From Calcarisporiella thermophila CBS 279.70 (taxonomy: Eukaryota; Fungi; Calcarisporiellomycota): DNA of 64,000 nt. The stretch covers positions 442,021-506,020 of the forward strand of contig NW_027192210.1 of NCBI RefSeq assembly GCF_041956535.1, in the 5' to 3' direction. Below are positions 44,103 to 57,487 of the stretch, piece by piece (the stretch's first letter is position 1; each line of letters begins with the position of its first letter). The translations under genes and the position numbers were made by a program. The notes under the pieces are model-generated. The model made no database searches, was not told the DNA's origin, and saw nothing but the letters and a program-made list of their open reading frames with translations.

Positions 44103-46871
44103 TCACGACAAAAGGTTTTTCAGAAAGCTTGCCAAATTTGACTGCTTTTGCTTTCCCTCAACGTGATGCACTCTCTCTAACATGCATCTGATATCAGAGA
44201 GGGTGGTTTGCTGCTGTTTTGGTTGCTGGACTGAATTTTCAGCTGGAATAGTAGCTTGGGCGACAGTAGGTATAGAGTGATGTATAGGAATAACATCTGG
44301 GCGTGAAGTAGAATGGGCCTCTTCAAAGATGGGGAATCGTGTTTCTCTTTGCCTATTATTTCGTTCAGCTGAGCTTGAATCCATTTTCTCCTCCAATTCT
44401 AGTTTTCTTTTTTTCCCAGATATTGGGTGTTCCATATTTTCTTGAACTATATCTACAGATGGCTGCCTTGTTTCGGGCTCCTGCTGCAACCAAGATTCCT
44501 GTTCTTGTTGAAAAATAACAGGTGAATTAGGCTCAGGCGTAGTGGGAAGAGGTATATGCGAGCAGGAGGGAGGAAATGTGCTGAAATGAGGAGAATGATC
44601 AGAAAGGCGTTTTTGTGATAAGTTTAATGTTGGGGATAGGGGAGACCCTATAAGAGCAGGGGGTGAGCTATGAATTGGGATTTCAGTAGGAGTGCTGCTG
44701 CGTGGTTGTTCGATTTGTGTATGAGTAGACAGTGGGGCACATTGGAGCAAAGATAAACAAGCTCTAATAAAGTGCGTAGAAATGGAATTAGTATTTCCGG
44801 CTATTTGCAGTTACATATAGCTGAAATTTAAATGCAAAGAGCTTTTCTCTTGATATTTTACCTTTTCCGACTCGGTGACTTGTGGCTCATCGTCTGCAAT
44901 CCAGCTGTCCAATTAATGTTTACAAATGGCGTTTCTTTCACCACATCAGCAGTAGATAATGGATGAGGAGAGGAAGAATTCAACTGAAGCACTTTAGAGG
45001 GGGTTTTTGGGCAGTCGTGCCTGGGTGATTCCTTGGCAACATTAATAATGTGCATTTGAGCATTGGCTGCAGTAGAGTCGAGCTGGAGATAGGGGGAAGA
45101 AGACGGTGAAACATTAATCAAATTGGGCTGTTGGTCGATAATATTGACAAGCTGCGGCCTGAGAATTATAGGACTTCGGCATGCGTAAAATCCATCGTTT
45201 CGAGTGGATACATCAACAATTAATGGTGGAGTTAATAATTGTTTGCTATCTTCCAATTCTTGTGAGCTGGAATCAGGAAATAGGTCGTTTTCGTGATTTT
45301 CTTCCATTGAATCATATTTCATAAAGTTCTTCGGAACGACTTCTATTCCTGTTTCAGCAATATGACTTGGATCTAGTGAAAGGTGCTGATTGCTCTCTAG
45401 ATTGTTCCGCGAGTTCTGTTAAACATGGTATGTTATTACCGGAATTAAATTTAATAAAAAATGCGATTGAGGCCTGTATTTAATTACTTGGATCTTATTG
45501 TGTAATGAACGCCGTTTTTGCGCGAGGGGTGACTCTGGGACGAATGGGCGAATTGAATGCGAACTTCTAGAAAGCGCAGACGAACCACGAGCAGAACGAG
45601 GTGCAGTTGAGATGTTTGCTTTGCGAGGAGTCTCGAACGTTTTTCGTATCCACCCTAAGTTATGGAAGCTCTCTAGGACTTTCTATAAACCAAAACACGT
45701 GCGCAGATTTTGAAATATACCTGGTAGGGAATTCAATATATTCAGCTGAGGTTCCGATATCTGACAGTCGCTATCTACCATTTGATCAAGTCCCTATAAG
45801 AAGGATTTTAAATTCTCAGAAAAAGCGCCAAAATTGATCATTGCCACTATCAGAAGACTTGGCTGAAAGATTATATAGGCAAAATTTACCATCCACTTTT
45901 CAAGAGGTGCTGGACGTTGGACATTTATTAAGATAGAAGCCGTGGCTGTTCCCGGAGCTTGTGTTTGGTATGGGGAATCGGATGACGCGATTGCATCATC
46001 AGAAAGTGCTTGTGAGCGCTGAAATGTACATTCAGGGAAAAAGTGAATAATTTCCACTTTTCATGATTGAAAGGTAAAAGATTACCTCTCCACTTGATTG
46101 AGTCAGAGCAGCATTTAAAAGAGTAATCCCGCCAGAGCTATTCATATCTAAATGTAGAGTATAGATAATCCTTCCGGAAATTACGAAGCTTGCTTTATAA
46201 ATCTTACTATCTTCGTTCACAACACTGTAAAATGAAAGGGAGCATATTAAGCCCTGTGGAAAACGCCTCAAATAGTCTACTTCAACTAGTACCTATGATG
46301 ATTTTGCATTTCTTTCAACCATTCGCGAATATCTGGGGCATCTTGCACAAATTTTGGATCGCCAATTATCGAACCCCCATCGCCTCCGCCATAACTGAAC
46401 CGTTCAATATGAAAATAACATTCTAACCGGGATTTATCCCCCTGAATGCATAGCCAGAATTCCTGTAAACATATAATAGCACCACGTATGGAGGTCAATG
46501 TGCGAGAGAATCTAAAATTATAGAGCAGTTTAAGATATACTGATTGAAAACACGCGAATGAGATCAAGTACTCTTTTTCAAATTTAACGGTGCACTCAGC
46601 TGAGAATGAAGCCTTGATCATGTTACGGCAGTCGGATATAATTGCTGTAATAACATGGCCGGGGCTGGCTTCCGTGCGAAAAGATAAAAACTAGTTTTTG
46701 TCGTATTTGTTATTTCATTTAATTTTCCTCATTGTAAATGCTTGAAGTTAATGAATTTTTTATTACCTGAATAATCTGTACACGACGAGGTGTAGTGATC
46801 CTTTCGTGAGTTTTGTTTCTTCTAGATATGATTTCTGTACAAATCCAAGGTTTTCTGAGCACCTTGGCCAT
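44103..46871 (-). CDS. Shelterin TPP1/Tpz1/Est3-like protein (N-terminal OB fold plus long disordered C-terminus)
   Basis: MAKVLRKPWICTEII...VQIIQFL...AIISDCRNMIKASFSAECTVKFE...LTSIRGAIICLQEF...FHIERFSYGGGDGGSIIGDP...IREWL matches the Est3/TPP1 OB pattern; downstream exons are Ser/Pro/Gln-rich. Confidence 0.72.
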
Positions 46872-46995
46872 TCCATATAAATCCTTTTGGCGGGTGGGGA
46901 ACTGAAGAACCAAAATTACCATCAAGGATTAATGAAGTGGCGCAGAGTCTTTATTAACCAAGTTTTTAACGGAAATTTTGGAAAATGAACAATAC

Positions 46996-47949
46996 ATGCA
47001 TCAAGACGTGGCAGCAACGAACTCTACATCTCTTTTACCTGAAAAAATACCAGTAGACGTTTTCAAGGGAAGTGGATGTGGTTTTGTATGGGATGCTGAA
47101 TGTAAGCACTCTGGTGATATATAGAGTTTAGGTTATAATCACTTCAATATATTCATATATGTTAATTTTAGCGGTTAAAACCCTCAGGGAAGAGCATCGT
47201 ATTGTTGGATCTCTCTGTGGATCTATAGCACGATTTCCACTTCAACATGTGTTTATGGGATTACCATTGCAGTTGAGTCCAGAAGAAATTACATTACTTT
47301 TTCACCGAGGTATATATTTAGGGATCTTGATTCGCTGTCACCTCTTTTGCATTTTATTTGTGCTGTAAAATTAAATTAACAAATTCTTATTCATAGGAAT
47401 AATTTCTCTTATCGATTCACATAAGAGTTACCAACCGGAGGAGGATAAAGGCGAAACGGCTACACATTCCGGATCTACCTTGACTCTACCAACCTCCTCC
47501 GTCAAGCTGCCTTATTACCGACCTCAATCTCTTCAAGAAGAGGCCACTAAAAAGATAATGGAAATTTGTGACCATAATCGCTATGTGGTGTTTGAGGTTC
47601 TTTGGTCAATGGGATATTACATAGGCCCTGGATTAAAATTTGGAGGTGACTATTTGTTATACGAAGGTAAGTGAGCAAGTTTGGCGACTCAATGTAGCCA
47701 TGAAGGAGATGCTCAAAATGAGATAGCTTATGCAAGATAGAGTGGATGTAACCATTGCTATGCTTAGGTGATCCTTTACGATATCACGCGGCGAAAATCG
47801 CGTCCGTTGTGGAATGGAATGAGGAGTTTTGCTTGAGAGAGCTAGTGGCAAGGGCACGCTTGGCCGGTGGAGCAAAGAAAACTCATTGGATGTGCGCAGG
47901 TCTAGCAGGAGATGTACATATATTTGAAATAAAATGGGCGGGATTCTAA
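46996..47949 (+). CDS. SEN34: tRNA-splicing endonuclease catalytic subunit Sen34, 4 exons
   Basis: [65 protein letters not shown] (catalytic Tyr and His); ARLAGGAKK (Lys); ends IKWAGF. Confidence 0.92.
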
Positions 47950-48147
47950 ATCGGCTATGTGCGCGAATTCTTCTATTGCTAGTAACTTCGCTACTAAGTA
48001 TCAGCTCAACCCCAACTAGCATGAGCTAGTGGGGCCGGATCCAGGAAGGTCGATAAGTTGACGAAAGAATCTTTTCCTATGAATGGAATTTATTCTTGAA
48101 TACACAGTAGAAAATTCAATTTTACATAATACAATAATTTGTGATAT

Positions 48148-48602
48148 TCAATTGTCTTGTTCCTGTTGTCTACGCTCTTGTCTCATTGAGCGAAGCCTTT
48201 CCACCTCGGCTCGCAGATCTTCTTTTGTTTGTGGTGGTTTCTGTTATGCAAAAGTAGACTGAGGTTTAGTTTACATAGACATCACAAGATAATCCATAAT
48301 CAAAGTGAATTACATTAAGCTTATCCTGATCGGGCCATAATGTGGCCTAAGACATATTCAAAGGGAAATTATGGTTTAATAATGTTGTGCCTCAAGCTTG
48401 CCTTTATCTCATCTCCAATGGCCTACCTGTCTAACATGTTTGTCATAGAATATGGGGGCTCCAAAATAGCTCATGAAGGCGATGGGAAAGAAAACATAAA
48501 ACCCAAACTAAACAAAGCCAAAGTACAGAAATGAAGAAATGGCTTGCAATCTAATATCAGGAGCTGCCTTACCTTGAAAATCTCCAGATTTGGGCCTGCC
48601 AT
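48148..48602 (-). CDS. PET100: Cytochrome c oxidase assembly factor Pet100, 4 exons
   Basis: Spliced MAGPNLEIFK|FGFYVFFPIAFMSYFGAPIFYDKHVRQ|ATLWPDQDKLN|KPPQTKEDLRAEVERLRSMRQERRQQEQDN*; absent from the ORF track. Confidence 0.88.
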
Positions 48603-49209
48603 GATTTCCTCTTACTAGTATTCAATATGTTCTCGACAAAGGGTATAAATCAGGAAAAATAGAAACAGGTCACAAGCCACTGGATAGTCACATAAGTCAC
48701 CTAATACATGTTTTCACTCCAAAATTTAGTTACATCGAACCAACCATGGGCAAAGTAAAAATTTTCTTTGTCCTAATGGGCGGAATGGCCTGTGGAAGTA
48801 CAGTGGTTAATCGCATCTTGAAGCCGAATATGGTCAGTATGACTCCGTCCATTGCTATTAATCTACATACCATTCTAATGCTCGATATATTGAAAAGGAG
48901 GTGTTCGTCACATCGCCAGAGCAATCTCCCAGTTCGTCAGAAAGTAGATCTGCGGAAAAATAATCTCCAAAAATCCTCCTGTGGTTTTATCGTACTATAA
49001 TGAATGTATCATTGTTTGAATATACTCTTTTTTTGTTAGAGGATACGATATCTCAAATCGGCTCCGAGTTGAATGTTATTTTATTATTAACCAAATAAAC
49101 CCGAAAATCTATCAAGAAAACATTAAGCAAGGAGATATTCAGCAAGAAAGATGGGTTGAGAAAAGAAAAAGATAACAGAAAATAGTATCATCGAAGTAGT
49201 ACAACACAT

Positions 49210-51648
49210 TTATTTTTCTTTCTTAGTTTCATTTTGATCTAATTTTTCAGCACTCTGGGTATCCTCCTCCTCTCCGACTTGCCCAAATTCATTCGCCCGC
49301 GTATGATCGACTTTGTAGATCCAGCGCTGGTAGAGATACACAAAGAACACAATATCGTCGCGCAAGCATGCTAAACGATGTAGCATGGGCATCTTGATAA
49401 CAAACGCAAACAGGTCGTCTAAATAAGACTCGGTGAGTTAGCAGTAGCACACCCCAAATCGAACTAAATATGAATTACCAATGAAAGTATTGAGGGACTT
49501 GTACATGAGTGTTCGCCATGGCATGTGGGCTACCGACTTGAGCTTATAATTAATGAAGAGCTGCGGAGTCAAGGTGATGAATCCCCACGTATAAACAAAT
49601 CCAACGAGCACGCTCACGAAATAAGAGTACCAGGACTTATGGGTGTTGTATATAAGTGAATATATGGCATAGACAATCAAAAGTGGGAAGGCAATCCATG
49701 AGAGATAACGGTATGCCATCTGGTCGTACTCGCGTGTCTTTATTTCGGTTTCAGTCAACTGCTGGTTGTCAATGATCTTGAGACGCCATGGAATGAATGA
49801 GTTCTCCTTGCGCGTCACCTACACCATCGCTGAAAGGTTAGAAAGAGGACTGAGTACCACAAATGTTGTGGATACTTGCCTGGAGTCGCATTGCCTTTTT
49901 CACTTTCCAAATCTCGATCAGTAGGCCCACACCTTGGCCGATCAAAACCATCCAGCTGGTATCCTGATTATTATCGAAGAGATAGAGGAAGATAACGAGC
50001 TGGAAAAATATGTTGACGAGAAGCGTGCGAACCGAAACACCTGTAGTGTCTTTTTTATTTTTCCAAAATGCGATATCTAGTGAAATAGGACGAGCCAATA
50101 TTAATAAGGGAGGTCAGATGGATACGAAACAGTAAGGGTGCATACCGTTCTTGAATGCCAAAAACTCAAATAATGAGTGCAGCAAAGAAACAACCACCGT
50201 CACCCCAAGCAATAGCGGGTTGGTTTCCAATAGCAACCGTTTGAATTCGTCCATTTCGGCCCCTGAGGCACCGCCCAGCATTTCGGCTTGCTGAGTCATT
50301 TTGTCCTCCATGACGGAGTATAATTGGAACTTCCAGAATGAAATTGGAGAGAAGTGGATGGTAAGAGGAAGTGTCCTATGGATACAAGTGCCAAATGACC
50401 TTAATATCAACAATTTGAAGCCTATAAACTCTTTACTTACTTGACAGTATCATTAATAAGGTAAGTATGCTCTCGTAGATTCCAGAATTCATTTGGAAAA
50501 ACGATGGGGAGATAGTAGCCATTTTTACCAGACTGATCGCGGAGACCTCGCTTCTCGAGGGGGACAACTAATGGAAAAAAGTATGTGTAAATTGGATAAG
50601 GATCGCCTTTATAAATTCAACGTACATTTCAAGATCGGTGGAGGCATTTGATTATAGGCAATTGGAATACGGTCGGAAACAATATTGATAGTGAGATTTG
50701 GGTGCCAGTGGGAGACGACCGGAGACTTCTTGAATAGTTTGGATGTCAATCCTGCACTAGAGCTCTCCTGGAATAGGGAATAAATTGAGCTGGGTATACA
50801 TGAGGAATGGATGTGCTACTGAAATACCTCTTCACCGGCTACTATTTCTTTTTCATTTCCTCCCTCCGTGTCATCCCCACCAAGGAGTTTCTTGGTCTTA
50901 ATTTCTCGGCGTTTTGGAAGATACTTAGTGAGCACTTAAAAATATAAAGCAGTATAAAGCATTAGCGTAGGGACTTTTATATCAACATCAACAACACGAT
51001 AAATTACTGTGCTTCGTATATACGACCATGTTCTCATCGAACGCTGGATCTCGTGGATCATGGGGCGCCTTTTCCTGAGTCAAGAAGATGTGCGCATATA
51101 GAGTCCCGTTATTTTGGACCTTGTCAGTAGTCTCCAGTACCACACGAGCTTCCCTTTTATCATCCCAGTCACCAAGCTTGATGCCTTCCGCATGATATTT
51201 AAGGGCATCAGGTTCTGAGAGACTGCCCAAAAAGTCCTCGGCTTCGGAGATATAAACATATAAATCCATCACAGTGCTACCGGGCCAGAATGGAAGAATC
51301 GTTGCAGGGCTAGAAATGTTAGCATTGCTGATGGAACCGTTGTTTGTTAGGTTGAGCTGAGAGCCTGGAATGTCGACGGGCGGTTTAGCTAGTATATCAT
51401 AGAAGAGTCCATAAAACAGAATCATATGGAAAGAAGAGTGAGAATTACAAACCTTTGAACATATTAGAAATGAAGTAAAAGATCATTATTTGAAATAGGA
51501 CTCCACGAAGAATCTCTGACCATGATCTCTCCTGCTGAGGCTGCTGCTGTCGTTGCTGGCGCTGTTGCGGATCATTCTGCTGCTGGGTGTCATTGCTGCG
51601 CCCAGGTGGAGATGATCCTGGGTTATTCTCGTTTTCCCTAGATGACAT
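49210..51648 (-). CDS. CLPTM1: CLPTM1 family ER membrane protein (lipid scramblase family), multi-exon
   Basis: VQNNGTLYAHIFL; SHWHPNLTI; IVFPNEFWNLR; LLETNPLLLGVTVVVSLLHSLFEFLAFKNDIAFWK; PQLFINYKLKSVAHMPW; MPMLHRLACLRDD; QRWIYKVD...NEFG. An upstream in-frame extension is possible. Confidence 0.95.
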
Positions 51649-52549
51649 GGAAGAGGAGGTTATGGAAGTTTGCGAGTGTGGATGCGATTGTTGTTCCTGT
51701 TGGTTTATCAATTGCGGAGTTAGATTCTCCACGTTGGGATGTGGCACATCCAATTCACACCTGTAAGCTTAAGAGAAGATTTGCCCCCAAGTTTCCGTCA
51801 ACTCGAGCAAAGAAAAGCAGACAATGCTGGGGCTGGTCTTAGCTTATGCTTCGATCCCCTTGCTCTGAACCCTTGGTTTAGACGAGGGCTTCTTAGCCTC
51901 GTTCTTACTCTCGAATATAATCAGGAGGTCTTCTAACCTAAACCTTGACCTTGTACACGCCCTCTCCAAACAGCGTTAAGCGCTAAAGTATCGGCGGCGA
52001 CGCCGCACCCAATCATGTGCCTCACTGCATCTGGAGAAGCTCCTATTAAACTTACGCCTTGCTCCCACTTTCTGCGAGACTTTCCCCAGTTACACCAAGG
52101 GCGACGACCAAAGCCATATTAACTGAGCCTAAGCTAATCGACCAGAGTTATTGAGGCTCTTTAGTCTTCACCAGCTGAAATGGACTCACAATCACAATAA
52201 CTTACCTTGTCCCATCATTAAACCTCACGCGCTACTACACAAATACATATGGGGAGCAGCCAATTCAAGTGGTATAATCAGCGCACATCTATTCCTGGCA
52301 GAGAGGTTGAGATATCTGCAATCACCGTTTCGGGGAAAGTTCCAGTGCCACGAGGTTAGAGTTACGAGAAGAGGTCAAGAAGACTGTCAGCTTTGACAGA
52401 CGTGTTGGTTCTTGTAGTTCTCCAGCGTAGGAGCATGGATTAATCACTCTGCATGCTCTGAAAACAATCAAAGGTTGATTTTATTAAGTAAAAATTTCGT
52501 AAAGTCAGTGATAATTAGAGAAAATGGGGTGGTGGTGATTCATTATTTA

Positions 52550-54369
52550 TTACAGGGCTAGAATACTCGAAATTAATGCAGTGGCGAAGATCATGCCTAG
52601 CGAGACTATATCACTGCGTGGTCTATTCCCCTCGCTTGTCTTGGTGGCGATGGAGTTGGTTGTGGATATCTGTGGGGCTATATCCTTGAAAGCGCACTCC
52701 GGTCCTGTGCAGGTGCATTTGTTGCCGATTGGATCCCAGTAGATTGTGTCACAGTCGTCAGGCACGGGGTGCCGCGCGGCCGATGCAGCTGCGCGAGGCG
52801 GCACCGGATCATCAACGGTGGGCATGCGTGCGGGGCAACCATAGCATGTCCTCCACTGCCCGTCCGGGAAAATACAAAGCTCCGCGAGTGCGCTATTCAG
52901 TCCGTTGCAAATACCCTGTGTGCCCGCAACCGCCAGCGTAGAGTTGTCTTTGTTCATGGCTGCAACCTGCGAGTTAGTGCAGCGCATGTACAGTTGTGAG
53001 CCCACTTGGTCCTTGGGTACTGGATTTTGCACCCACTGGAGGAGTTGTTCGTTGGTGACAAAATAGACATCCGGCATTGTTTGAACTTGTATAGCAGAGC
53101 GGAAGTTAGTTAATAGAATAGCTCGATCCGTGGCGTCGTTAGCTTACCCCAGTTAAGGAAGTTTTGCAGCATTGCCATATTGGCGGAGGGATCGGGCGCT
53201 CCCGGATGGGGGGTCAAATGAGCCGGGTGCACATAGAGACCGAACGGCTGGCGGCCGCCGTTATAGTGCCGGTTGAAGTTATCCTTCAGCCACTGGAGAA
53301 CGGTATCCGTAGTGCCGGCAAGGTGGGGGTCCATTACATGTGGAACTATTTGTAAACCAAGTTAATACACGATAGATGGAGAGTAAAGAGGTCAATACCG
53401 ACGCTTTTGCTGGTCAACAATTGAGTGCATAGGAATTTCCCACAGGCCCGGGATCTTTAATACGCCCGGTTGACACAGATTTGCACTCGACCAACAGTCA
53501 TTGGCAAGGCCATAGTCAAGCGTATAGGGCCAGTAGGCATCTTCCGTTTGAGCACTTGCTGAAGAATCATAGACAAATCCTTGTTTTTTCACATTGTTCA
53601 ATGTTTCAGCGGTATAGTTGAGGAAAGGCTACAGCAAAATCGAGAGAGATGCTCAATAGATGGATCAGAGTTGAGATCACTAGAAGACAAGTTACCGCTC
53701 TAAAGCCCTTGATTTTGGATCTAGGAATACCAGCGAACGAGTTGAGAATAGTTTTGCAAGATCCAATCTCCTCTGGAATATAAAAGGGGAGAAGTCAACT
53801 AGGATGGCCAGCAGGATGTATAATATTGCAGTTTTGCTTACGTTCGGACGGCTGGGCGGGATGGGTGAACGTGTGATCAGCAACCTCATTTCCGTTTGCA
53901 TACCACTCCGTGACAAGCTGCATGTCTGTATACTGAATGGAAACAAACCAGGTTCCACGCGCTGGACAGCCGTTAGGGTTTTTGCGATTTAAGAGGGTGT
54001 AAGCGGTCTTAATAATATCTATTGAAAAGAGTGATTGGATTATGCATTTTGAACTGGAAAATAAAAATTTCTGGGCACTTACCGTTTTGAACGGAATCGT
54101 CTAAACGAAATAGGAAGATGATAATGTTAACGATGCATTTGTTTACGGAAACCAAAAAGAACAAAGTACATACCGAAAGTGAGTGTGACGAATTGCGGCG
54201 TGTTAGATGGTGCTAGCCCCCCGGGCGGGTTCGTCGAGGCGCATAGGCAGTTTGGAGGTTTGCATTGTGACGGGTCGCAGGTATACCCTTGAGATTGGGC
54301 CAGACCTCCCAGTGAGAATATACTGACAATGATGAATATACAAAAGAGAGTTCGAGAATGAAGTATCAT
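52550..54369 (-). CDS. Secreted, probably GPI- or TM-anchored CE4 polysaccharide (chitin-type) deacetylase
   Basis: Signal peptide; [10 protein letters not shown]...[11 protein letters not shown]; NPNGCP; [10 protein letters not shown]; GFRAPFL; YDSS; PFGLYVH; DVYFVT; hydrophobic C-terminus. Confidence 0.9.
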
Positions 54370-55523
54370 TTTCTTATGTCTACAATACTGAAATAGTGTC
54401 ACTAGTAGTGATAGAGAGAGCGAATAAAAAAAAAGAGAGGTAAAAGATGAATGGAATTTTTAAAAAAAATGGTTGAGAAAGAACCGTAATTATTCTGGCA
54501 AGTAACTATAAATATAGAACCGGCAGGTAAGGAAATATAGAGGAGTAATAAACCGTTTCGTATCCCCTCTTCATTTCACGCTCTCTATTGACCATTGTAG
54601 TAATCATGCAGTTAATCATTAACCAGATATTTGTCAATACAGCAAAATGCCTTTTTATTAATCAGAAACTGCCATCTATGTCCTGTTATGGATGTATTAA
54701 AGTTTGACCTGCGATATAATTATTTTCAGATGAGAATCTTCCATTAATGGGAAGTAGAAAGCGCGAAATGCAGGCACTGCAAACAGAAAAATCAGAACCG
54801 ATTCCAGAAAGTATATTATCAAGTTTTTTTCCATAGCTTGAAGAGGAGCTACACCTATATGGATAATTGAAGCGTTCTTAGAATAATCCAGTTTGCATTG
54901 GTTTCTAAGTAATTACAATAAAGCCTGCTGCGCGGGCAATCCGGGAAGATTATTTTTCATCAAATCCAGAATGATTGCTTGAATGAGTGTATTTCGAGTT
55001 TTTAGAGAGAAAGGGTACTCTTTACTTTTCAATGGACTTGTATAGGTTTAAAAAGCGAGTATGATGCAACTGTAAATGTGTTTAGCTTGCTATTGCACTT
55101 ATAGAGCATCTCGCATAAGAAGAGCGCTTAAAAAAAAACATTTCCTACGTTTTGGATAGCACGTTGTCTTTGAATGAATGCGCAAGAAACCAAACTATCC
55201 TGACCAGCCTGATATACTACATGTGGCATGAACTGTTCCTTTCTGCTCATAGTCTTTAAAGGAATTTCAAGAATGATATATCTTATAATATTGCATAAAG
55301 AAGTGATTGGTAACTGGCTATCAATGGTAGTGTCAATTATCCTCTTAATAAAGTGGTGTTTTCATTTTTAAGTTGTCGAGCTTCCTACTGTGGGGGTATT
55401 GTTAGTTTTGCGAACCTGCTGGCTCGAATAAGTAGTGGTACAGGTTTGACTACGAGAAACATGACTGGCATTTATTACTATAACCTTCGTGAGTAGATAA
55501 ATATTCATACATACAATATGGGC

Positions 55524-56220
55524 TCATTTCGCAGTGTTTTGATGTCCGCATGCTTTGCACTTTCGCAGATCCTCATTATTCGCCCAGCGCTCAATAATGG
55601 GCTTGAGCTGTGTTCCTAGGTCGGTGCAGTGAAATGAATCTTCATACACAATCTCTTTGCATTGATCGCAGTACCATCGCAAGCGGTCTAGCATAGATTA
55701 TTAAGCAAGGATCTAAAGGATAGAGTTTCAATATTCCCAATGTTTACCAATCTCATTTGCTCGACGATTGCGCTCAATAACAATGCCAACTGTATTAGCA
55801 AAACGAACCGGGTTGTGTGGTGTATTACCTTAACCAATGATTGAAAGTATTAACCAAATCATCCATTCATGGTAGAAAGAACAGGAAACATACCTGGTAA
55901 CAGAAACATTTCCCCTTCGCGAATAGGGATATCCTTGAATTCGCCATTGTCTACCACTTTGAGCAACATGTCTCCTTTGTACTGGTAAAACCATTCCTAT
56001 TGCCAGAGTTGTAATGTATCAAAAACAAATTGCGCTGCTTATTCAGCCGTATTGGAATTACCTCGGTTTCGTTGACGTGATAGTCAGTGCGTTTGTTCGG
56101 CCCCCCAACAGCCATAATGATAAAATCACCGCGCTGCACTAAGTAATTATTCACAGGCGGCTGGAGTTTGTCTGCATTTTCCTCAATCCATTTGGAAAAA
56201 TTGATGGGAAGAGCGAGCAT
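55524..56220 (-). CDS. BNA1: 3-hydroxyanthranilate 3,4-dioxygenase (kynurenine/NAD pathway), 4 exons
   Basis: LQPPVNN; [24 protein letters not shown]; [13 protein letters not shown]; rubredoxin-like CDQC...CKAC; DLGTQLK. Confidence 0.96.
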
Positions 56221-56419
56221 GTTGGGCGTGTAGAAAAGTTAGACGAGAAGTGAAGAGTAATATCGTGAGAATTCCACTTGGGACAAAGCAATTTTCAATT
56301 TCACGGGTGACTGTCGGCAATAAATAGTAACATTGCCACTCTCTAAGTTAAAAAGCGGGTAAAAAAAAAACGCATATGTATTACGAAATATACAAAGTGA
56401 GAAATAATAGTCTATATAG

Positions 56420-57347
56420 CTAGGATGAGGAGTCCATGCTCTTAATCTTATTTAGCAAGTGTTGAATTTGATTTCCGAGTTTTGGTTGACCTCGAGATGT
56501 TTTAGCGGTATGCACCTCACGGTTCTTTTTACGTTGAGCATAGTACCTTGCACGACCTCGAGCTACCTTCTCCCGCTCTAACCTCGCAGCCTACAGAAGG
56601 ATGAGAAGGCCACAAGTCAGAAATGTCCAATTTAAAAAATTTTTTTCCATTAAATACATACTTCTCGTTTTTCCCTTTCTTCCGCTATCTTTTTCTCTCT
56701 CTCCATTATCGCTTGCTTGAAGGGATTTGGCTTCGACGATCTGTAGGACATGTGTGAGTAATTGATCCACTTCATATATAGTTGATATAGACAAAGCTTA
56801 CTTGTTGTCTTTACTTGGTTTTGATTTTGTGTTTTTTGACCCTTTTGCTGCTTTCAATTCCTCCTCCTCTTCCTCTTTGTCTTCGTCGCTCAACACTACC
56901 TCCTCGTCTCCAGAACCCTCTGCTTTACTATCCAAGGCGGTTTTATCATTGGCATTCTCTCGACGATACTCAACTACATTGCCGTCATCATCGATCGTTT
57001 TTTCTGAAAATATCTATAACAATGGTGGATGTTTAATGCATTTCTCGGTGAACTAAGTAAACAGATGCTACCTCTTTGTAAAAATCGGGGGTTTTCAAAA
57101 ATTCATCGTCCTGCTTTAGTGATTTGTAGAATTCGCGCTTGACCTTAGCTTTGTGAATGAGTTGCTGCTTGACCTTGGCAGCTGTATCAAATAAAACTAT
57201 TGAGTTGCCATTCAAGCTATAATCAGAGGAGAAATCAGCTACCTTTTCCGGCATAAGTTCCCTTTCTTCGTTGAACAGCACCCGCAAGAAAACCTTTCGA
57301 CTTTCCCTTCTTCTCGGTAGCTCTACTCTGTTTTGAAGATTTAGTCA
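56420..57347 (-). CDS. FYV7: rRNA-processing protein Fyv7/TAP26 (CCDC59) family
   Basis: AKVKQQLIHKAKVKREFYK; charged middle region; C-terminal KTSRGQPKLGNQIQHLLNKI. Confidence 0.8.
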
Positions 57348-57487
57348 TTCCTTGGGATCTAGAGAAAGGGAATGCCTTGTTGTTGGTTCTCATTTAATAG
57401 ACCCCGAGCAGTCACACGTGACTGATTTACTGTTCCAAGAAAAAATTCATTCTCTAGCCAATTCTCAACCTCAACCTCATGGTGATA

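Noticed and set aside
51934-51953. TAACCT/AAACCT-like short repeats (also near 8205, 39650 and 62643) as telomere-like or promoter motifs
   Set aside because: Only two or three degenerate copies each, not distinguishable from chance by eye.
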